64,000 bases of DNA, from the NCBI GenBank assembly GCA_963849735.1, contig CAWKJE010000016.1, forward strand, positions 54,086-118,085. The letters run 5' to 3'. How positions within the stretch are numbered: the stretch's first letter is position 1; each line of letters begins with the position of its first letter. The position numbers and the translations under genes were made by a program. Below the pieces are notes generated by a model. That model saw only the letters and a program-made list of their open reading frames with translations. It did not search any database and was not told the origin of the DNA. Shown here one piece after another: positions 19,790 to 28,463 of the stretch. This DNA is from an uncultured delta proteobacterium. GTDB lineage: Bacteria; Myxococcota_A; Polyangia; Fen-1088.

Positions 19790-20714
19790 CCCCGGCGAGG
19801 CGGCGGCGTCCACCCAAGGGGGGGCGGCCCCGGGCGCCCCGGCCGACTTGCCGCAAGCGCTCACCCGGATCCGCGCCCGACCGGCCCTGCTCGGCGAGTC
19901 ACTAGCAACCCGCGCGGTGCTCATCTCGATCGCGCTCGTCTTCCTCGTCCTGGTCGTGATCCTGCCCCTCTTGGCCGTCTTCTCCCAGGCCCTGCAGAAG
20001 GGTGTTGGGGGCTACCTCGAGGCCCTCGCCAAGCCCGAAACCGTGTCCGCCATCAAGCTCACCCTGCTGACCGCGCTCTTGGTGGTGCCCCTCAACACCG
20101 TCTTTGGCTTGGCGGCGGCCTGGCTCATCGCCAAGTTTCGCTTTCCCGGCCGCAACCTCCTCATCACCCTCATAGATCTGCCGTTCTCGGTATCCCCCGT
20201 CATCTCCGGGCTGCTCTTCATCTTGCTCTTCGGCGGACGAGGTTGGTTCGGCGACTGGCTGGCCGACCACAACCTCAAGATCGTCTTCGCCACCCCCGGC
20301 ATCGTGCTCGCCACCGCCTTCGTCACATTCCCCTTCGTCGCGCGCGAAGTATTGCCAGCTCTGCAAGCGGCTGGGGACGCGGAAGAAGAGGCCGCCCTGA
20401 CTCTCGGGGCGGGATCCTGGCGACTGCTCCGGCAGATTACCCTACCCAAGATCCGTTGGGCCCTGCTCTACGGCATCATTTTGTGCAACGCCCGTGCGAT
20501 GGGCGAGTTTGGTGCGGTATCGGTGGTGTCAGGACATATCCGCGGTGTCACCAACACGGTGCCCCTGCAGGTCGAGATCTTGTACAACGAATACGACTTC
20601 GTGGGCGCCTTTGCCGTGGCGTCGCTCCTCACCTTGCTCGCCCTGGCCACCCTGGTGGTGAAGAAGGTGGCCGAGCACGTTCAGGCCCGCCATGAACCGG
20701 GAGACTCGCGATGA
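19782..20714 (+). CDS. cysW: Sulfate ABC transporter permease
   Basis: Second permease, with EEAALTLGAGSWRLLRQITLP. It overlaps cysT by 8 nt and cysA by 4 nt. Confidence 0.8.
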   Translation: MADPGEAAASTQGGAAPGAPADLPQALTRIRARPALLGESLATRAVLISIALVFLVLVVILPLLAVFSQALQKGVGGYLEALAKPETVSAIKLTLLTALLVVPLNTVFGLAAAWLIAKFRFPGRNLLITLIDLPFSVSPVISGLLFILLFGGRGWFGDWLADHNLKIVFATPGIVLATAFVTFPFVAREVLPALQAAGDAEEEAALTLGAGSWRLLRQITLPKIRWALLYGIILCNARAMGEFGAVSVVSGHIRGVTNTVPLQVEILYNEYDFVGAFAVASLLTLLALATLVVKKVAEHVQARHEPGDSR

Positions 20715-21790
20715 CAGCGACTTCTAATGACCTGGTGGTCGAACAGTTGGCGAAGCGCTTTGCCACCCACAGCCCCGCGGTGGCCAATGCCAGCTTTACC
20801 GCCCCGGCGGGGGGATCACCACCCTCCTCGGTCCCTCGGGCTCGGGCAAGACCACCGTGCTACGCATCATCGCCGGTCTGGAAACGGCCGACGCGGGCCG
20901 AGTGCGGGTGGGCAGCGCTGATGTCACGGAGGTCCCGGTACAAAAGCGCGGCTTCGGCTTCGTCTTCCAGGGCTTCGCCCTCTTTGGCCACATGACGGTG
21001 GCGGACAACATCGCCTTCGGGCTGCGCACCCACCGAGTGCCACGGGCGGAAGCGAACAACCGTGTCGCCGAGCTCTTGCAGCTAGTCCAGCTCGAGGATT
21101 ATGGCCAGCGCTACCCGGCGCAACTCTCCGGCGGCCAGCGCCAACGGGTCGGCTTGGCGCGCGCGCTGGCCCCAAGGCCCATGGTCTTGCTCCTCGACGA
21201 GCCGTTCGGTGCCCTTGACACCCGCGTCCGCGTCGAGCTGCGCGAATGGCTGCGGCGGCTGCACGAGGCCACTCACCTCACCACTATCCTGGTCACCCAC
21301 GACCAGGAAGAGGCCTTGGACCTGTCTGACCAGCTAGTGATCATGGACGGCGGCAGAGATCCAGCAGGTGGGCGCCCCCGCCGAGATCTACGAAAGACCT
21401 GCCACCCCCTTCGTAGCTTCCTTTCTGGGGGTGGCCAACGTGTTGCGCGGCCAGGTGCGGGCGGGACGTGCGACCATGGGGTCGCTGTCCATGCAAGCTC
21501 CCGCCCACATCCGCGACGGCGCATCCGTGCGGGTCATTGTTCGCCCCCACGACATACGCGTCCTGCCCAACACGAGCGCCGCCTTGCCCACGGGCGCCAA
21601 CAACGCCGTCATCCGGCGTGTGGTCAGCCTGGGCGCCTACGTCAAGCTTGACCTCAGCCTGCCCAACCGCGACCTCATCACCGTTCATGTTCCCCGACGC
21701 GAGTTCGCCAATCTAGCTCTCGAGCAGGGCGAGCAAATCGTGCTCGATCTGAGCGAAGCCCGCGTGTTCGAGGAAGACTACGCCATCTGA
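20711..21790 (+). pseudogene. cysA: Sulfate ABC transporter ATP-binding protein CysA, interrupted by two 1-nt frameshifts as sequenced
   Basis: The N-terminus (MTATSNDLVVEQLAKRF...) is in frame 2 up to a G6 run at 20809-20814. The Walker A GGITTLLGPSGSGKTT, LSGGQRQRV and the Walker B LLLDEPFGALD are in frame 1. At ~21350 (ggcagagatcc) the sequence shifts again into the frame that encodes the CysA C-terminal TOBE domain (QIQQVGAPAEIYERPATPFVASFLG...). Deleting one base at each site restores a canonical ~360-aa CysA. Confidence 0.7.
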
Positions 21791-21868
21791 TCTGCCCCTC
21801 CTCTGCTCTGCCCCTCTCGCCTCCCCCTGAATCGCGGCACACGACGGCCGGGGCCCGGCCACCGCGCC

Positions 21869-22849
21869 TCAGATCTCCCAGTCGGGCGCAGCCGACTTCG
21901 CCCCGTCTTTCGCGATGACCCGGACCCGCACATCGTCGGCCAGGACCAAAGAGCGCGGCGGCACACTATGCAACAAGAAGGCGTTAGCACCGATGGTGCT
22001 GCCCTCCCCGACCACCGTCTCACCACCCACGATGGTGGCGCCCGCGTATATGGTAACGTTGTCTTCGATGGTCGGGTGGCGCTTCTTGCCGCGCAACTGT
22101 TGCCCGGCGGCGAGCGAGCGCGCTACCAGACCGACGCCCTGATACATCTTAACGTGATTGCCGATCGCCGAGGTCTCACCGACCACCGTGCCCGTGCAAT
22201 GGTCCACGAAGAAGTGATCGCCGATCTTGGCCCCGGGGTGCAAATCCATGCCCGAGCGCCCGTGCGCCCACTCCGTCATCATCCTCGGGATGAGCGCCAC
22301 ACCGCGCAGGTAGAGCTCATGCGCCATGCGCTGGGCCGCGATGGCCTCGACGAAGGGATAGGCCACGATGACCTCTTCCTTGCTCAGGGCGGCCGGATCG
22401 CCGTTGTAGGCCGCCTCGACGTCGGTCGCCAGCACTTCCCTGACGGCGGGCAAGCGAGCCAGGAAGGCCATGGAGATCAGGCGGGCCGCCGTGGTCGGGT
22501 CCTTGTCGGGCAACTCGGGGGGCGGCGCGTACTCGATACTGCGGGCAATCTCGCGGCTGAGGCGACCAGCCACCTCGTCCACCACCTCGGAAACTGCCGA
22601 ACGCACCGCGGCCGTGGCAATCGCCGATTCGTCGAAGAATCCCGGAAAGAGCAAGCGCAGCAAGTCTTCCGTGATGCGGCCCACCGCACGCCGCGAGGGC
22701 AAGTTCTTCCCGTCGAGGTGGTTGATGCCTCCCGTCTCCTGGTATGACTTGATCAGCGCTTGCGTCAGCTCTTGGGTGCTCATCTTTGGGCTCCACGCCC
22801 GGCTTCGGCTCCACGCCGGGCACATGCGCCCGGACCAGGCTCCGCGCAC
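21869..22849 (-). CDS. cysE: Serine O-acetyltransferase (long form)
   Basis: Left-handed beta-helix hexapeptide repeats (GAKIGDHFFVDHCTGTVVGETSAIGNHVKMYQGVGLV...DNVTIYAGATIVGGETVVGEGSTIGANAFL) and a SATase N-terminal helical domain. Confidence 0.8.
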   Translation of the reverse strand: MRGAWSGRMCPAWSRSRAWSPKMSTQELTQALIKSYQETGGINHLDGKNLPSRRAVGRITEDLLRLLFPGFFDESAIATAAVRSAVSEVVDEVAGRLSREIARSIEYAPPPELPDKDPTTAARLISMAFLARLPAVREVLATDVEAAYNGDPAALSKEEVIVAYPFVEAIAAQRMAHELYLRGVALIPRMMTEWAHGRSGMDLHPGAKIGDHFFVDHCTGTVVGETSAIGNHVKMYQGVGLVARSLAAGQQLRGKKRHPTIEDNVTIYAGATIVGGETVVGEGSTIGANAFLLHSVPPRSLVLADDVRVRVIAKDGAKSAAPDWEI

Positions 22850-23185
22850 CGAACTATGAACCCTGGCCGCGCTCTCGACAACCCATCTGTGCGGACCGGA
22901 GCGCCAGCCTCGCCAGCTTGGCCATCCTCACCATGTTCGCCATCCTCGCTATCGCCACTGTCTTCGCCATCTTCGCCGTCTTCGCCATCCTCGCCGTGCT
23001 CGGCATGCCGCCTCCAGCCGTTTCCCCTTCCGCGCAGGGTGGCGCAGCGCTGGCATGTCTTGCCGAGTCAACGGCACCACTCGGCGAGCCGCGGGCTAGC
23101 CTGCTCCCTTATGCTAGACGGATGTCTCCCGCCCATGCCGGTTGTCCGCGTGAGCGCGCCGGTGCTTCGTGCTAGGAAGGGGAGC

Positions 23186-24364
23186 ATGACAAGCTCAGGG
23201 CGCGCCCGCGCATATCACACCGACACCATCTGCGTCCAAACTGGCTCCCGCAAGGACACCACCTTCAACGCCGTCGCGGTTCCCATATACGCTACCTCGA
23301 CTTTCGCTTTCGAGGCCCCCGGTCAGACCAAGGGCTTCGACTACAGCCGCACCGCCAACCCGACGCGCTCTGCCTTGGAGGAGTGCCTGGCCGCCCTGGA
23401 GGGTGGTGCCGGCGCCTCGGCTACCGCCACCGGCATGGCAGCGGAGACCACGGTTATGGCTCTCTTCCCGGCCGGCAGCCACGTCATCGCCGGACACGAC
23501 ATCTATGGCGGCAGCTACCGGCTCTTCGCCAACGTGCTGTCCGCGCGTGGCCTGGAGTTCTCCTTCGTCGACATGGCCAGTCCGCGCAATGTCGAGGAGG
23601 CGATCCGTCCCAACACCCGCGCCATCTGGATCGAGACCCCGAGCAATCCCCTGCTCAACCTGGTCGACATCACCGCCATCTGTGCCATCGCGAGCCGCCA
23701 CGGCCAGGTCACTATCGTCGACAACACCTTCATGTCCCCCATCTTCCAGAAGCCGCTGGCCTTGGGCGCTGACATCGTGGTCCACTCCACCACGAAGTAC
23801 CTCAACGGGCACAGCGACATGGTGGGCGGCGCCATCATATCCCGCACACGGGAACAGGCCAGCGCGGTGGCCGCTTTGGTCAACGCGCTGGGTACCTGCT
23901 CGTCGCCCTTCGACTGCTGGTTGGTATTGCGCGGTATCAGGACCCTGCCTGTCCGCATGCAGGCCCACGCCCGCAACGCTCACGCCCTGGCGGAGTTTCT
24001 CGCCCGGCACCCGGCGGTAGAGCGTGTCTATTATCCTGGTCTCGCCAGCCATCCCCAGCATAGCCTGGCCCAGAGCCAGATGAGCGGCTTCGGCGGCATG
24101 CTCTCCTTCGACATCCGCGGGGGCAAGGACGCGGCCTTCCGCTTCATTCAGACGCTCGAGCTCTTCGCCTTCGCCGAGTCCCTGGGCGGAGTGGAATCGC
24201 TGGTCGAGCACCCGGAAACCATGAGCCACGCATCCATGACCGCGGAGGCACGTCGTGCGGCCGGGATCACCGCGGCCAATATCAGACTCTCGACCGGCAT
24301 CGAGAGCGCGGATGACCTGGTGGCCGACGTCGCCAACGGCTTGGCCGCCGCCAGCGGCGCGTGA
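23186..24364 (+). CDS. PLP-dependent Cys/Met-metabolism enzyme (cystathionine gamma-synthase/gamma-lyase family)
   Basis: AGGAAGGGGAG SD before the ATG at 23186. The family is unmistakable (YSRTANPTRSALEECLAALEGG...IWIETPSNPLL...VVHSTTKYLNGHSDMVGGAI, with the PLP-binding Lys in TTKY). The track ORF (22760) is over-extended upstream. Confidence 0.8.
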   Translation: MTSSGRARAYHTDTICVQTGSRKDTTFNAVAVPIYATSTFAFEAPGQTKGFDYSRTANPTRSALEECLAALEGGAGASATATGMAAETTVMALFPAGSHVIAGHDIYGGSYRLFANVLSARGLEFSFVDMASPRNVEEAIRPNTRAIWIETPSNPLLNLVDITAICAIASRHGQVTIVDNTFMSPIFQKPLALGADIVVHSTTKYLNGHSDMVGGAIISRTREQASAVAALVNALGTCSSPFDCWLVLRGIRTLPVRMQAHARNAHALAEFLARHPAVERVYYPGLASHPQHSLAQSQMSGFGGMLSFDIRGGKDAAFRFIQTLELFAFAESLGGVESLVEHPETMSHASMTAEARRAAGITAANIRLSTGIESADDLVADVANGLAAASGA

Positions 24365-24479
24365 GCGAGCGCAGGGGCCGTCCCTCGCGCACCTCCCGGC
24401 TCGCCTGCCCTACCCCTTGCCGCCGGGGAGGGGAGCGAAAGGGCTTGCTATGTCCTGTTTAGAAGACTAGTGTCTTATC

Positions 24480-26042
24480 ATGCCTAACGATCAGCAGACA
24501 ACGACGTGGATGGCCCCCGTGAACACCTATGCCCGCTTGCGCCTTCTGTTCGCGGTTTGCCCGGCGCTGACCCTGATGGCCGGGCTAGCGCTCGCCTCGG
24601 CCGCGCTGGCGCAAGACAATCCCACGCTCGCCCCGGCCGCGCTGGCGCAAGACAATCCCACGCTCGCCCCGGCCGCGCCAGCGCAACCAGCCGCGGTAGT
24701 CCAGACACCAGCGGCCCCTTCGGCGGCGGAGCCCGCGCCGCTTCCGCCCCTGCCCGCTTCCGCGCCGCCGGCCAGCGCGAGTGCCGCCGCGCCCACTGCG
24801 ATCATCCCGGCCGGGCCGCCGCGCCAGAGTCCCATCGTCACCGCCGAGGAAGCCGGGTTCGGCATCAGCAGCCGCGACGGTGCCTACCAGGTGCGCATCC
24901 ACGGCCAATTACAAGTCGACGGTCGCGCCTTCTTCGCCAACCCGGCCTTACGCGAATCCGACACCTTCCTGGTCCGGCGTGCTCGCCCCACCATCGAGGT
25001 GACATTGGCCGGGCTGGCCGATGCGCTCATCACCCCGGACTTCGCCGGGGGCACGGCCCAGCTCTACGACGCCTACATCGACTTGCACCCGCTGCCCTGG
25101 CTCCGGTTGCGCGCGGGCAAGTTCAAGCCGCCCGTGGGGCTCGAGCGCCTGCAATCCGACAACAACCTCGTCTTCACCGAACGCGCCCTCGACCAGGACC
25201 TCACCGCTCAGCGTGATATCGGCGCCCAGCTCTGGGGCGACGCCGCCGGAGGCATCCTGCGCTATGAAGCTGCCATCCTCAACGGCGTGCCAGATTCGGG
25301 CCTTAACGACACGGGCGGTGCCTTCAGCAAGAGCCTAGCCGGGCGTCTCTTCGTCCAGCCCTTTGCCCTACCGCCCCTGCGCGGGCTGGGACGCCTGGGA
25401 GTCGGCTTCGCCGCGGAGACGGGCGACGAAACCGGCAGTAGCGCCATCACTGGCGGTGCCGCGACGGGAACCTGGCTGCCCACCTATAAATCGATCGGGC
25501 AGAACACCATCTTCTCCTACCTGACCAGCACCACCGATCCCACCCAGAACGTGATCGCGCTCAACCGGCATACCCGCCTAAATCCTCAAATCTACTACTA
25601 CTACGGCCCAGCTGGTCTCGAGGCCGAGTACCTGTTCGAGAGCCAAGGAGTAGCGAAGAACGGCGTCGCCACCGAGCTGCATAACTCGGCTGGCCACCTG
25701 ACCCTGGCCTACGTCATCGGGGGTAATTGCAGCTACGAGGGCCCCCGGGTCAAAAAACCCTTCAGCCTGGCAACCGGCACCCTGGGCGCGCTGGAGCTCG
25801 GAGCCCGCTACAGCCGGCTGGCCATCGACAGCGCGGCCTTCCCCGCCCTGGCCGACCCGACCAAATCGATTACCACGGCGAATGCCTTCGGCTTCGCGCT
25901 CAACTGGTACCTGACGCAAAGCCTGCGCGTTGCCGCAACCTACGACCAGACGACTTTCGACGGCGGAGCCAAGAGCGGCACCATCACCGCCGACCGGACG
26001 GGCGAGAAAGTCCTGATCGCCCGCCTTCAGGTGGGCTATTGA
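24480..26042 (+). CDS. Outer-membrane anion-selective porin, phosphate-selective porin O/P (OprO/OprP) family
   Basis: Signal peptide. The beta-barrel pattern follows the Porin_O_P family (VRIHGQLQVDGRAFF...LYDAYIDLHPLPWLRLRAGKFKPPVGLERLQSDNNLVFTERAL...). A perfect 36-bp tandem duplication sits in the N-terminus. Confidence 0.7.
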   Translation: MPNDQQTTTWMAPVNTYARLRLLFAVCPALTLMAGLALASAALAQDNPTLAPAALAQDNPTLAPAAPAQPAAVVQTPAAPSAAEPAPLPPLPASAPPASASAAAPTAIIPAGPPRQSPIVTAEEAGFGISSRDGAYQVRIHGQLQVDGRAFFANPALRESDTFLVRRARPTIEVTLAGLADALITPDFAGGTAQLYDAYIDLHPLPWLRLRAGKFKPPVGLERLQSDNNLVFTERALDQDLTAQRDIGAQLWGDAAGGILRYEAAILNGVPDSGLNDTGGAFSKSLAGRLFVQPFALPPLRGLGRLGVGFAAETGDETGSSAITGGAATGTWLPTYKSIGQNTIFSYLTSTTDPTQNVIALNRHTRLNPQIYYYYGPAGLEAEYLFESQGVAKNGVATELHNSAGHLTLAYVIGGNCSYEGPRVKKPFSLATGTLGALELGARYSRLAIDSAAFPALADPTKSITTANAFGFALNWYLTQSLRVAATYDQTTFDGGAKSGTITADRTGEKVLIARLQVGY

Positions 26043-26240
26043 GAAAAGGACCCTGGGAGGGTCCTTTACATCCCCCGCGAGGAGCGCAGTCGGGCAAAGC
26101 CCGCCTGCGCTCACGCGACTAAGAAAAGGACCCTGGGAGGGTCCTTTACATCCCCCGCGAGGAGCGCAGTCGGGCAAAGCCCGCCTGCGCTCACGCGATT
26201 AAGAAAAGGACCCTGGGAGGGTCCTTTACATCCCCCGCGA
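26039..26240. repeat. 2.5 tandem copies of an 80-bp REP/MITE-like element with nested hairpins, immediately 3' of the porin gene
   Basis: The unit is TAAGAAAAGGACCCTGGGAGGGTCCTTTACATCCCCCGCGAGGAGCGCAGTCGGGCAAAGCCCGCCTGCGCTCACGCGAC. Copies lie at 26039-26119, 26120-26199 and (partial) 26200-26240. Hairpin 1 is AGGACCC-tggga-GGGTCCT flanked by A- and T-runs, which looks like a bidirectional terminator. Hairpin 2 is GAGCGCAG-T-CGGGC-aaa-GCCCG-C-CTGCGCTC. Confidence 0.7.
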
Positions 26241-26278
26241 AGAATACTGAGGGCTGGCCGCGGCCGGCAGCCGACCAC

Positions 26279-26320
26279 CAGTTGACCGGCAGTTGACCGG
26301 CAGCTGACCGGCAGTTGACA
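26279..26320. repeat. Four tandem 11-bp repeats (CAGYTGACCGG) ending in a perfect TTGACA, upstream of araB
   Basis: cagttgaccgg / cagttgaccgg / cagctgaccgg / cagttgaca at 26279-26320. The final unit gives a consensus -35 hexamer about 78 bp before the araB ATG. Confidence 0.6.
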
Positions 26321-26397
26321 GCACACGCATCCATCGGACATTCTGAGTCTCCCATGGAGCAGCGCAGAATATCCTTTTCCACCACCCGGGAGGGAGC

Positions 26398-27999
26398 ATG
26401 AGCCCGAGCGACGTCAGACAGGCCATAGCGAGCGGCCAGACCGCCCTGGGCATCGAGCTCGGCTCGACACGTATCAAGGCGGTCCTGATCGGGCCCGATC
26501 ATGCGCCCATCGCCTCGGGCAGCCACGCCTGGGAAAACCGCTACGAGAACGGCGTTTGGACCTACCCCATCGAGGAAGTGTGGACGGGCGTACAGGAGAG
26601 CTTTCGCGCCCTGGCTGACGATGTGCGAGCCAAGTACCAGCTTCCGCTCAAGACCGTGGGCGCTCTGGGCTTGAGCGCGATGATGCATGGCTACCTCGCC
26701 TTCGACAAGAATGGCAAGCTCCTGGTCCCCTTCCGCACTTGGCGCAACACCATCACGGCCCAAGCGGCGGCTGACCTCACCCGGCTATTCCAGTTCAACA
26801 TCCCCCAGCGCTGGAGCATCGCCCATCTCTACCAGGCCATCCTCAACCAAGAACCTCACGTGCGCGACATCACCTTCCAGACCACCCTGGCCGGCTACGT
26901 CCACTGGCGGCTCACCGGTCAAAAGGTGCTGGGAGTAGGCGAAGCCTCCGGCATGTTCCCCGTCGACAGCGCAACCAACACCTACCATGCCGGTATGCTG
27001 AGGTCACTGAGCTCGGAGCTCCAGGGGCGGAAACTGCCCTGGCAGCTGGAAGCCATCCTGCCCAAGGTCCTGATGGCGGGCGAGCCCGCCGGCATCCTCA
27101 CCCCAGAGGGCGCCAAGCTCGTCGACCCCACCGGCCAGCTGGCCGCGGGCGTCCGACTCTGTCCCCCCGAGGGCGACGCCGGCACGGGCATGGTCGCCAC
27201 CAACAGCGTGGCGGAACGAACCGGCAACGTCTCCGCGGGCACCTCCGTGTTCGCCATGATCGTGCTGGAAAAACCGCTAGGCAGGCTTTATCCCGAGATC
27301 GACATGGTCACCACCCCCACGGGCAGACCAGTGGCGATGGTGCACAGCAACAACTGCACCTCTGATCTCAACGCCTGGGTCGCGCTGTTCAAGGAGCTCG
27401 CCCTGGCGCTAGGGGTCGAGACCAGCGAAGCCAAGCTCTTCGAGATCCTCTATGGCCGGGGCTTGGCTGGCGAAGCCGATGCCGGCGGTCTTCTGGCCTA
27501 CAACTACGTTTCCGGCGAGCATCTCACCGGCATGGAAGAAGGCCGACCGCTCTTCGTCCGCACCCCGGAAAGTCGGTTCACCCTCGCCAATTTCATGCGC
27601 GTACACCTGCTCTCGGCGCTGGCTGCGCTGAAGATCGGGCTGGCCATCTTCGCCGAGGAAGAGGTAAGGATCGACCGGGTGCTGGGACATGGTGGGTTCT
27701 TCAAGACCGAGGGCGTGGGACAAAGGATCATGGCCGCGGCCATGAACGTGCCCGTCTCGGTGATGGAGACCGCGGGCGAGGGGGGAGCCTGGGGCATGGC
27801 CTTGCTGGCAGCCTATATGCTGCACAAGAGGGCCGACGAGGCCCTGGAGGCGTATCTGGCCACCAAGGTCTTTGCCGGGCAGGTGGGCACTACCGTCACG
27901 CCCGACCCGGTGGACAGCGCGGGTTTCGCCACCTTTATGGAGCGTTACCGGCGCGGGCTGGCCATCGAGAAGGCGGCGATCAGCCACCTCAGGGCCTGA
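26398..27999 (+). CDS. araB: FGGY-family sugar kinase, L-ribulokinase by operon context
   Basis: FGGY N-terminal ([16 protein letters not shown]) and C-terminal domains. It sits directly upstream of araA-araD. GGGAGGGAGC SD. Confidence 0.7.
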   Translation: MSPSDVRQAIASGQTALGIELGSTRIKAVLIGPDHAPIASGSHAWENRYENGVWTYPIEEVWTGVQESFRALADDVRAKYQLPLKTVGALGLSAMMHGYLAFDKNGKLLVPFRTWRNTITAQAAADLTRLFQFNIPQRWSIAHLYQAILNQEPHVRDITFQTTLAGYVHWRLTGQKVLGVGEASGMFPVDSATNTYHAGMLRSLSSELQGRKLPWQLEAILPKVLMAGEPAGILTPEGAKLVDPTGQLAAGVRLCPPEGDAGTGMVATNSVAERTGNVSAGTSVFAMIVLEKPLGRLYPEIDMVTTPTGRPVAMVHSNNCTSDLNAWVALFKELALALGVETSEAKLFEILYGRGLAGEADAGGLLAYNYVSGEHLTGMEEGRPLFVRTPESRFTLANFMRVHLLSALAALKIGLAIFAEEEVRIDRVLGHGGFFKTEGVGQRIMAAAMNVPVSVMETAGEGGAWGMALLAAYMLHKRADEALEAYLATKVFAGQVGTTVTPDPVDSAGFATFMERYRRGLAIEKAAISHLRA

Positions 28000-28312
28000 C
28001 ACTAGGGCCTGACACTAGGGGCCTGGCCAACTCGTCGGGCGCCCCATAGCGCTTGCACGTAGACGCCGGAAGGCTGCTGCAATAAGCGATCCGACTGTAG
28101 TCGAGTTGCATCGTCAGCCCCCTCGGCGCCGCCGCTTCTGGCTTCACGACCCGCCCCATTAACCCTCTGGCACGGCTCGACTCACCGCTGCCGCAGGCCA
28201 ATGATTACGACAAGTTACGCCGGGCATTTGCCACAGTCCCCCCCGCCAACGCGACGGACCTAACATCCTCGCCACCGGGGCGGGCAAGGGGGTGGCCCGA
28301 CCAGTTTTATTG

Positions 28313-28345
28313 TTGACATTACGGGCCCTTGTCTTCATCGTCCTA
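28313..28345 (+). promoter_or_regulatory. Candidate internal promoter in the 465-bp araB-araA spacer
   Basis: A perfect TTGACA (28313-28318) sits in an AT-rich patch (ttttattgTTGACAtta) about 150 bp before the araA ATG. Confidence 0.3.
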
Positions 28346-28463
28346 CCGTCTGACGGCTAGCAGCCGAACAGCCGGGAAATGTCAAACCCAGTGGCACCAA
28401 CGCCTCCTACTGCGAAGGCGACGAAATAAAGCCGCTGAACACCTAACCAGCGAGAGTGCGCAA

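Noticed and set aside
22850-23185. Possible riboswitch or leader peptide in the cysE/metB-like divergent region (repetitive tcgccatcctcgcc motifs)
   Set aside because: I looked for S-box (SAM-I) and SAM-II consensus elements and could not recognise them. The ORFs across it (for example 22786..23175) are hydrophobic or His/Arg-rich frame artefacts. It is left unannotated, and an Rfam scan would settle it.
22760-23185. Upstream extension of the Cys/Met PLP enzyme ORF
   Set aside because: Homology begins at MTSSGRARAYHTDT (ATG 23186, strong SD). The upstream part is low-complexity read-through of the divergent promoter region.
26039-26320. CRISPR array?
   Set aside because: The 80-bp units are contiguous with no unique spacers between them. 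There are no cas genes nearby. The 11-bp repeats are also spacer-less.
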